From NCBI RefSeq assembly GCF_009914755.1, contig NC_060944.1: a DNA stretch of 64,000 nt. One strand, written 5' to 3'. The translations under genes were made by a program, and so were the position numbers. The notes below the pieces were generated by a model that was given only the letters and a program-made list of their open reading frames with translations, did no database searches and had not been told where the DNA came from. This document shows, in pieces, positions 54,202 to 64,000 of this stretch (the stretch's first letter is position 1; each line of letters opens with the position of its first letter). This DNA is from the human T2T-CHM13v2.0 reference genome, Homo sapiens.

Positions 54202-54710
54202 TCACAAAGTTTTTGGTCTCTGCACCCCTTTCCACTTTTAAAAATGATAGAAAACTGCAAAGAGTTTTGTTTATTGTATTATATATAGCAATATTTACCA
54301 AATTGGAAATTAAACTGATAAAATTTAAAATATTTATTTACTAATTACCTTAATATAATAAACCCATTATATTAGTATAAATAACTTATTTTTAATGAAA
54401 AATAACTGTGTTTTCCCAATGAAAAAATTTAGTACAAAGGGTGGCATCATTTTACAGTTTTGCAAAACACTTTAATGTCTGGCTTAATAAAAGACAGTTG
54501 GATTCTTATATCTGTTTCCATATTTAATTTGTTGTGCTATCACACATCCCGTAACCTCTGGAAAACACCACTGTACACTCTTGAGATATGAGGATGAAAA
54601 AGTTAAATGATGTCTTAGTATTTATATGAAAATGGCTTTGACTTGTGGGCTCCCTGAAATAGTGTCAGGAATGCCCAGGGGTCCCTGGACCACATGTTAG
54701 AAATGATGCC
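54201..54710 (-). mobile_element. Charlie1-family hAT DNA transposon relic
   Basis: caaagtttttggtctc...; ...cctctggaaaacaccactgtacactc...ccaggggtccctggaccaca. Confidence 0.75.
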
Positions 54711-55220
54711 AGAAACTCACAATTTTATTTATTCCTTGTTACACTGCATTCGATCAATTGAATTTTAGTGAGTATTCATTCAAAGAATCTTAGTAGTCCT
54801 CCTTCTAATAAGAAAATAGTTTATTAATGTTGGCATATGTACATTTTATAAATAAAATTTTAATATTCATTATTAATGTAGGAAAAAATTATAGTGCCCT
54901 GTTACTTAGAGCTTTATTTGGATGAAGGATGTATTAAATGTAATTTTAAAAAGAAAATGTTCTACACAGGTCAATGACCTTTATAATAAACACATTTTAT
55001 TGCTTAAATTTAGTGCAGTAAGATTACCAAGACAAATATTTATCTTTCTGTCGAACAATACTAATAATGCTGCAATTAATTATAGAACTTATTTGAAGAG
55101 AGTTGCATTTATATTAAAATACCTGCCTATATCATGGGCACCTAAATATATAGTTGTCTTCATTATCACATTGGAGAGCCTAGGTTCCTCATGTTTTGTA
55201 AAATAATGATTTTTTCACAG

Positions 55221-55256
55221 GCACACGATCTTTTAGATAGCATGCATCAGGAAGAG
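55221..55256 (+). pseudogene. Candidate fossil exon, phase 0: AHDLLDSMHQEE (3' end uncertain)
   Basis: gattttttcacag| ... GAG|gtacca. Confidence 0.5.
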
Positions 55257-56652
55257 GTACCAGCATGCTAGTTTCTTATTTAAGATTCCCCAGCCCCACG
55301 ACTGGTATTTATGAAAGAGAAGAAAGGATGTCATTACTTGTTCCTCAAGATGACACAGAGAGGTTTATGCTGCTTGAGCAGAGGCTTCAGAATGTGAAGA
55401 CTCAGGCCCAGGTTTTGATGTGATTTGATGGCCAGTAGCAACAGAGCTGCCACTCTTCATGGATGATTAAAGACAAAGAGAGTGAGATGGCATGAACCAC
55501 AAAGCCCTGCTGCCACCTGACAGATTTTTCCTCCGATTCAAGGAAGCCCTTATGAGAGCCCCTTTATGTGAGCCTGGTTCCCTTGCCAGTCTATTTCAAA
55601 TTTTTTTAATCTCTGCTACTGGATTGAAAGTGTAACTGCCACTTTCAATATGCTTCAGAACTGCTAATGGCAAAGTTGCTTTTGGGAACCAGTTGATTAA
55701 TTTAGACAATGCAAAATATGGAGGTCCCAAGTCAAGAATAAGCTAAACGACTTTGCCTTATTTGGATATAATTAAAAGGCATGGATCCAAAGTAAATGTG
55801 TCACTTCCCAGTGACATCTGCACTTTCTGTTTGCAAACACTGTTATATAAGGGCTCTCAGAGGTCAAGAGTGCAGAGGCCACCCCCTTTTAAAACTTCTG
55901 GTATATTATAAAAATGGAGAAATGAAAAAGCAGTGTTAAAAAGGAATTTTATTTTCAGGGCTTATATTGGAAGAAATAATGCTTTAAACACAAATTATAA
56001 TGCAATAGAACTTGGGTATTCTCAAAGTAATTACAGGATTTATTTGAACCTATCTTTAGTAAAGTTTGTTACTCAAACTTTATAAATATACCTAATAGTA
56101 GTCATGAGTTTGAATTGTATGGTAAATACCATGTTCTTTTGATCTAGTCAGAATATTCCAGTTATTTGAGTGAATAGCCTCATTTGGAGATAAATCTTAA
56201 ACTTGAGTTTCTTTCTGGGTGTAATTCTGAAATGATAGGGTCTTCTGCTTCATCTTAAAGGAGTGACATCACTTCATCCAAAAGCAGATACTATTTAAGG
56301 TGATGGTTTTAAATCTAAGGCCACTGGATGGCCAAATCATTGAGGATATAATATTAAAACAAAGAGAGATTTTAAAATTCTAAAATGCTATATGTGAGTA
56401 TCTTATAAATGAAATCCAGAAATATGCCAACAGTTTTTTCATAATATGCTCAACCTTGAGAAAAACCCTGTTTAATATCTAAACATACGTATCCATAAAT
56501 AATTTTACATTAAGAATTACTTTCCTCTTGTAAAGCGTATATTTCAAAACCATAATTATTTTAAGACCTAAAAGGGATTATAATAACTTTTCATCTAAGC
56601 TTTATAATTGTGGTTTTGGAACTTAGGTAACTTTTTGGAACTATATAAGAGG

Positions 56653-57030
56653 GACTGGATGTGGTGGCTCACGCCTGTGATCCCAGCGCTTTGAGGGGCT
56701 GAGGTGGGAGCGATTGTTTGAGGCTAGGAGTTTGAGACCAGCCTGGGCCACAGAGTGAGACCCTATCTCAAAAAAATAAAATAAAAAATTAGCCAGGCAT
56801 GGTGGTGTGTGTCTGTAGTCCCAGCTACTCAGGAGGCTGAGGGAGGACGATCACTTGAGCCCAGAAATTCAAGGTTACAGTAAGCTATGATGGCACCACT
56901 ACACTCCAGCCTGGGCGACAGAGCAAGATCATTTCTTAAAAAGAAAAGGAAAGAGAAGAGAAGAGAAGAGAAGAGAAGAGAAGAGAAGAGAAGAGAAGAG
57001 AAGAGAAGAGAAGAGAAGAGAAGAGAAAAC
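56653..57030 (+). mobile_element. AluJ with microsatellite tail
   Basis: Diverged dimer with AluJ features (gaggacgatcacttgagccc); TSD aactat(a/g)taaga (56639-56650 / 57031-57042). Confidence 0.9.
56951..57025. repeat. (AAGAG)15 pure pentanucleotide repeat
   Basis: 15 uninterrupted units counted. Confidence 0.95.
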
Positions 57031-58318
57031 AACTATGTAAGAAATATCTGCTTCAAGTTAGAATTCAGAAAAAATTCATGAAACTAGAAAGAAAAGTAGA
57101 AGAAATGGATATCAATTCCCTCAATGTAAGATGAAGACACTTAGGCTAAATGACTGAATTGATTCCTCCATCAAGCTTCTTATAGAGCTAGATCCAGAAC
57201 CCAGGATTTCTGAAGTACAACCTGTTGTTCTTTCTAGTCTATGACTTGCCACCTTCTTACAATTTTACATAGTCAGGAAATGGTATGGAACTTTAAAGGC
57301 TCTTCCAAGAGGAAAGAGAATTGTTTGTATTTAAAAATATATATAATATATATTATATTTTATATTACACATATATCAATGGCAGGTTTTCTTTTCACAA
57401 ATTGAGAAAAAATTTAGTTCATGTTCAAATACAACATAAAAATAATAAATATAAGCTATTTTAAATGCCTTTATTTTTATCTATTTTTTGATATTACAGT
57501 AGTCAGGTACAAGGAAGTTTATTATTACAGGCGATATACTTTCAGTGAAGAGAAAATTGTGTGTATGCTTTATTTTGTATATTGTAGGCAGGGATTTTTA
57601 GTGTTTCATTTAAGGGAGGGATTGATAATCCAGGTATTTTTGACTGCCTCTCAGATATTCTTTGTTAAATGTCATTTATTTCTTTAAGAATCCTGTTCAG
57701 TCAAATATTTACTTGCTTTTTAACAAATAATAACTCAGGGCCCTTCATTCCTCCTTTTACATTATTATAGAGTAGAATTTCAACAAGTGAACCTAATTAC
57801 ATAAGTCTTTGTTTTTATCAAAGTTTTTAGTGTTTTGTCAGCCAAAACTCTAAAATATTACAACCAAATATCAGATGGATTTAGTTACAAGCAGTTAGAT
57901 TTATTTTTTAAGTGTGAATGTATTACTTCTGAATAAAGGAAAGAGCTGATATCGGGGAAGGTAAATTCACCGAAACCTAAGGCAGATAATTCACTGTAGA
58001 TGGATAATAATTTACTTTTCTATAGCTTTGCTATTTTACAGGGAGGAGCGTGTGACTCTGGTTTATGTGACTTTTCAGCTGTTTCTTCTAAGAATTCCTT
58101 TTTTCTTCTCTAAATCTTCTTAAGCTTAAATGTTCTTCCCATGTTTCTTGGAAGTACTTGCAAATTTTATGGAATGCACTTCTTTAAAGCTGCTGCTAGC
58201 TAAAAGTCCTAACCCCTACATTTTACCATTTCATTCTATTTTAATTCAGGTATTTGCCCATATTAAAAAACATAACACATTCATTTTTTTTTCTGGGAAG
58301 CAACTGTATCCAATTCTT

Positions 58319-58631
<313 letters not shown>

Positions 58632-59056
58632 AACTGTATCCAATTCTTAATACACACTCTTTGACAAGTGCAAATGACATTTTATAATCAGATTGAAAAT
58701 AAATGTTTAATACTTGCTTTGTGTGCTTTTGAGGGAAAAACCGTTTCGATATTTGAGTAATACATTTTTTGTTGATTATCACATTTTGTTCTTAATAGAA
58801 AGTTGGTTTTTCTTATAAAGATGTAATTTGATTCTATTAACTTTGTCTTTTTAAATAAGTTATATTTTAAAAACTTGAAGGAAAAGCCCATTTTTATGTA
58901 TTGCAATCATTTTGTATTTCAAAATCTACTTTGCATATCTTTGTATACTTGAATTAATATAAAAGCTTGATAAAGAGATGAGAATTAATACACTCAACCT
59001 GTGAGGAATAAAGTAGTTGTATTGTTGATTTAAGCTTGTTGAATGTGATATCTCAG

Positions 59057-59465
59057 GATGCTAAAGAGGCAGACCAGCAGGTTTCAGGTGATTAAAGAAA
59101 GTCCCTCATCTTGGAGGAACTTGAAGGAACATGTTGCTATTTAAGTGGAATCTAATCAGTAAGAAGAAAAGCTTGGATGTAAAAAGACGGAATGTTTCAT
59201 GTCATTATTTACAAAGCAACTGAACAAAAGCTTAGCAAGATAATTAAGTGCCTTGATGCTAAGTAGAATTTTTCAAAGCAGGTTGATTAGAGGTCTTCTT
59301 CAAGAAAAAAAAATTAAACATCTAAGTACAAATAGTCTAGTTGAAAAGGCTAACTCAGTTACATAGATGGAGACCAGTTTGAAAGAAAAATCACAGTATT
59401 GTATATGGTGGCTGATGTTCACAGTGATGCTTTTAATTGCTGAGCAAAATCCCGATCATCCCTGG
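59057..59465 (+). pseudogene. Candidate large fossil exon: MLKRQTSRFQVIKESPSSWRNLKEHVAI*VESNQ*EEKLGCKKTECFMSLFTKQLNKSLAR*LSALMLSRIFQSRLIRGLLQEKKIKHL...
   Basis: atatctcag| then about 135 codons in one frame with only 4 stops in AT-rich non-repeat DNA. Confidence 0.45.
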
Positions 59466-60417
59466 GTAGTTATAGCACTAAGAGTATTTTACTGTGTTTT
59501 AAGTTTTTGAAAACTGAAAATCCGTACAGACTTAATATGCAGTGGCACTGAATGTATTATTCCATTATCTTGGTTACTCCATTTTTCAATTGGTCTGAAT
59601 AAATAGAATTTGATTCTTTTTCCCGTTGCCTGAAAAAAAAAAATCAAAAGTAAATATTATCATTCTCAATATAAAATGTTATTTGCAACTGTCAAGCAAA
59701 AATTGGATGTCATGTCTTGTATCTGCATTTTGTATTTCAAGACACTCCTGGTGATAACATAAGGAGACTGGCATGCCCAGGATTGTGCTGTGTAAACAAA
59801 TGCTGGCAAAGCCCTGGCTTCTCTTAAGCAGGTGGTCAGGTCAAAACACTGATGGCAGCATTATAGCTAAAAATGAAAACTAGGAAGTCGTGACCTTAGG
59901 ACCTACTTTTCTACCAAAGAAAGGAAGCTTGAAGTTAACAAGTTTGTGCCAAACACTTCAGTAGACATATGTTCTTTTTTCAGTGTTCTTTTACTGTGTT
60001 AACATTTTAATGACCTCAAGTTTACTTAGTAATGAATACTTTGGGGGCAAACATCCAGTAGCAGATTGCTTCATTTATTACCAATGAATTTATTTATTCA
60101 GTCAGTCATTGCAGAGCTTTATCTCTGAAGAACACATTTGAAAAGCTAAACTGATCCTCTGCTCACCTGGCAGTCCACTGTGAGAATATAAAACGAGTAT
60201 CTATAATACCAATCTACCTGTGGGCAGTTTGCAAAGGCTGATGTCGTGAGTGCCATATATGAGACTCTTTTTGAAATCTAAAACAATAACCCAGCCCAGA
60301 CATTTTCAGCTAAAGCATATGATCTAAATGCTTGAATTAAAGGAAAAACACTTTGGATTATAGTCCCCATTAGTACTTAAAACACTCTTGGTTTTTTCAC
60401 TTGTGCTTTGCTTAAGC

Positions 60418-60595
60418 CAATGTGTCTCAACCTTAGCTGCATATTAGAATTACCTGGAGAACTCTAAAAAATTCTCATGTTCTAGCCACACTCCAGACCA
60501 ATCAAATCAGAATCTCTGATTGTAGAACTTGAGCATCTATATTTTGTAAATCTCTTTACCTGATTCCAGCGTGGAGCGAAGGTTGACAACCACTG
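60418..60595. mobile_element. MER5B-like hAT MITE
   Basis: tctcaaccttagctgcatattagaattacctgg...aaatcagaatctctg...aaggttgacaaccactg. Confidence 0.8.
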
Positions 60596-60869
60596 ATTTA
60601 ACCACTTGCAATTTCTTCATTCATTGTATTATTTATTTTTCTTGGCCTTTTAAAAAACACACTGTAGCATGACTTCCTTAATTTAGAATCCTGGGATAGA
60701 GTTTCTATTTTAAAATATCCCTTTTATTGGAATTGGACTAAGGAGCATTATAAAAGGCCATCATTTAGGATTTATATTACTTTTACATTATTTAAATATA
60801 TAAAACTTAGTCACTGTGGTTTGATTTCTGTGGACACTTTGATGGACAGAGTGCATTTTAATATGAGCA

Positions 60870-61378
60870 TTAGACATCTTTTATGCTTTATTTCACATTC
60901 TCCCAGCCGACTCTTCCCATCATCCATTGCTGTTGCATCAGCTGAACAGAGATATAACCTGATAACTCCTCACCTTAGCTGTACCTGAAACTGTTTCTTC
61001 CTCGGAGGTGTGTTGGCTACTGCTCTTGGGAGTCAGGTAGTCCAGTGCATCCTTATACCTGATTCAGTTCTTGGCCAATATGGGATGGGAGCAGGTAGGA
61101 GCATGCTCTTCTTTCTATGTCTCAGGCAGACAGTTCTGAAGTTATTCTACACATTTCCTGATAGCATCCCCAGTAAGATTAAACGTCAGTTGCTCACGTT
61201 AGTCACCAGCCCAACTATACACCCTTGGATTGGCTTTCCCCCTTCCTGTTTTACATTTACACTTCCTATCCCATTCAACTCTCATTCTAGTTTTTTGGGA
61301 ACCACTTCTCTGAATAAACTATCTGTGCACAAGTCTTCATCTCAAGCTCTGCTTTTTTATTTCATACAAGCTAAGACA
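60870..61378 (+). mobile_element. LTR16-group (ERVL) solo LTR
   Basis: acccttggattggctttccccc...aataaactatctg...aagctaagaca terminus. Confidence 0.65.
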
Positions 61379-62266
61379 GTATGAAAGAGAAAAATCATCA
61401 TAGGCATGTTTTAGTGCATGCTCCCTTCTCTATTGTGTTTTTAAAATCACGTTATTTTTCTACTTAATACATTCAGTTTATCATATTATGATAAGGGACA
61501 CTTTACTCACAAATCTCGAATGCTGGAAAAGAGCCCTATCCCCATGTTATCTGTTACCATGTTATCCCCATGCTTTCGTCTGCTGCCCTTATTATCCTCT
61601 GTGAGTTGGTTGCCTTAAGATCCTCCTCCTGATGTCTCCCAGCAGCGTGACCTAGATTCTTGATCAGTGTCCACACCGAACATTCACTCCAAACTGTGCA
61701 GCAAACATTTTATAGACTCAAGCCACATAATAGGTCCATAACATCAGCATAATATTAAATGAAATGGGAGAGATTTTTGCAGAGAGAAAAATGGTGCTAA
61801 TGCAGTGTGATACACTTGGTGTAGTGGAAAGGCAAGCACTTTACAGTTAGGGTCCCAGTGTAGGGTAATTGTGTCTTCTGTTGCCCAGAAAATAAATACA
61901 GTTAAACATATTAATAAGGACCACCCAGATATTTTTTTCCTCCAGCATTGAAACCAATTGCCATTTCTTTGTTGAGCATCAGATGTTTGAAACATATATA
62001 TGTGACCATTATAATGACATTGTTTGCCATGAGATACTCATATAATAAGAGGCACACAGGAGGAGGCACAGCTCCCAAATCACACTTACTCTGGGGCATA
62101 CACATCAAGTGAAATTGTGGCAAAAATCCTCTGCACTCTTGATCTTTTCTCTCCGTCTGTCACTTTGTGGCTGAGTGCATGTGGTTGAGTGTGCAGAAGT
62201 ACTCATGGATGATGCAACTCTCTTGTCTGAGCGTATTTCCAGGCTCAGGAACTAAGGACGTGTGAC

Positions 62267-62793
62267 TGTAGCAGATGACTCTCATGTCTTGTGTTGGATT
62301 TCCTTGGCCTCTCTCTAACTTGAGAAACAGCTGCAGTGGACAGTTCTGTGCAAGCTCAGATTCATCTCAAGCTAACAGCATTTCATCTCCAGCATGAGCA
62401 TGTCTTTTAGCTTCCTGCCCATGGCCTTCTTTTATGTTGCTGGAGTTCCTAACCCACAGACCATTAGGGGCCAGAATAATGAGGATGTTAATGCCTCAAA
62501 GACCACCATCAATCATCAGGGTCCAGAACCTTGAATAAACTCCCCAGCCTCTCATCATTTAGGTGGGCAACCCTGGGAGGCATCTGTACTTTTCTCAGCA
62601 GGTCCCAATGGATTCAAGCCCTAGTTTCCCAAAGAAGTAGCCTCAGTAATAGATCTGTATATTGGCCTAATCTTCTTCCCTGTGTCATTCTCCTCACAAC
62701 TTCAGTCTGCTTCCTGAGATCATCTCCCAAATAAACAACTGATGTCCAGGTTCTTGCCTCAGGCTCTGATTTCAGAGGAACACTAATGAAGAG
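62267..62793 (+). mobile_element. LTR16E-like (ERVL) solo LTR
   Basis: tgtagcagatg...cagctgcagtggacagttc...gatcatctcccaaataaac...tgcctcaggctctg. Confidence 0.65.
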
Positions 62794-62796
62794 CGA

Positions 62797-62950
62797 TGTT
62801 AGGTCAGTAATGTAATCTCTCTGAGTCAATACTTACTCATCTATGAAACAGGAATATTAAGATCTACCTTATAAGGTTGTTGAAAGGATTAGATATAATT
62901 TATATAATGCATTTATCCCTATCCATGGTACATGACTCACTTTAAACACT
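62797..62950 (+). mobile_element. MIR
   Basis: ctctctgagtca...ctcatctatgaaacaggaata...gttgttgaaaggatta. Confidence 0.65.
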
Positions 62951-63530
62951 GACAGGTGTCTTAAGAGATAGACAAATATAAATAGAAACCTAATTCTAAC
63001 ATGATTTCTATAGAGAAGACGAGAAAGAGACAGAGTGAACAGACCTGAGGTGCTACATGCATGAATACTTGCTACTGGTTTCCTTTTATCTTCCTGAGGC
63101 AGTTACCATAGGCATGATCAATCCTCCTCAGAACCAGCCTTTGCCCTTGTGTTACCCGGCATGAGGGTGCCCTACTGTTCTGCTCCTCCTTCCCCTCTCT
63201 AGCAAATGCCTCCAGGAATTAGGGATGCAATTTCATTTTCTTAGTTCACTCACCTTTTAACTATGCCCATTACTATTCCATTTTATTCTAACCAATGAAT
63301 TATATTCTACTTTCATTAAGGGCTTTCCTATCCAGGAAACTCAAGTGGGTCCAAATTTCCCACAAGCACCTCATTTACCCAGCAGCGTTTTGTTTAGAAA
63401 TTAGCTCTTCTATACATAGGGCATGCCGAGATAACTGAAGCTTATTTATTTAAGTTATGCTTACTTTAGAAATACAAATATTAAAATACACCAATTTTGT
63501 ATTAAGCTAAAATATAGTAAATGTGGGCTG

Positions 63531-63875
63531 TGTTTTAGTTAGGGTTGCTATAATAAATACCATCGACTGGGTAGCTTAAACAACAAACATTAATTTGTCA
63601 CGATTCTGGAGGCTGGGTAACCCAAGATCAAGGTGTGGGCCAATTCAGTTTCTGGTGAGGGCCCTCCCCCTAGTTTGCAGATGGCCATCTTCTTTTTGTA
63701 TTCTTGCATGGCAGAGAGAAAAAGGGCTATTCTTCTTCTTCTTATAAAGACATTTCATCATGGGGGCTCCAATATTATGACTAAATTACCTCCCAAAGGC
63801 CCCACTTCCAAATACCATCACATATAGGGCTTCAACATTTGAAATTTGGTGGGGGGACACATTCAGTCCACAGCA
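63531..63875 (-). mobile_element. MLT1A/A0 MaLR solo LTR
   Basis: gactgggtagcttaaacaaca...ttctggaggctggg...ccaagatcaaggtg...gacacattcagtccacagca. Confidence 0.85.
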
Positions 63876-64000
63876 TTGAGTGACAAATCTTTAAAAATTG
63901 GTGCATCTTTTTAGCCTTCTTTTATATAATTCATTGAGCCTAATTAAAAGTTTTTAAATTTATAATTTAGAGTTATTATACCTAGCAATCCAGTGATACC

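Overview
Human genomic DNA (it carries human-lineage AluYa5 and AluYb9 insertions). It is AT-rich, non-coding and repeat-rich: 8 dimeric Alus, 2 FAM monomer copies, several L1, L2 and MIR fragments, about 15 solo LTRs and several DNA-transposon relics. No intact protein-coding gene is supported; most ORF-track entries are repeat-derived or chance ORFs. The main signal is hidden in the unique sequence between repeats: a decayed multi-exon protein-coding gene on the + strand, with about 20 candidate exons over roughly 18.9-59.5 kb. These have AG/GT splice signals, a run of 11 phase-compatible exons (31192-55256), protein-like translations broken by stops and a few frameshifts, and an internal repeated motif (SGRxxxIMxG) in which half of the differences between copies are synonymous. 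I could not identify the protein; it looks like a non-processed, possibly unitary, pseudogene. The exons were picked by eye, so the model needs homology confirmation. Other notable structure: an inverted pair of near-identical AluYb9 elements about 4.1 kb apart flanking one fossil exon, a perfect 149-bp tandem duplication with CAGA microhomology, a ~235-bp inverted duplication with a 63-bp identical inner core, two AT-rich palindromes, and an (AAGAG)15 Alu-tail repeat. Repeat subfamily names come from recalled consensus sequences, and boundaries without a TSD are approximate.
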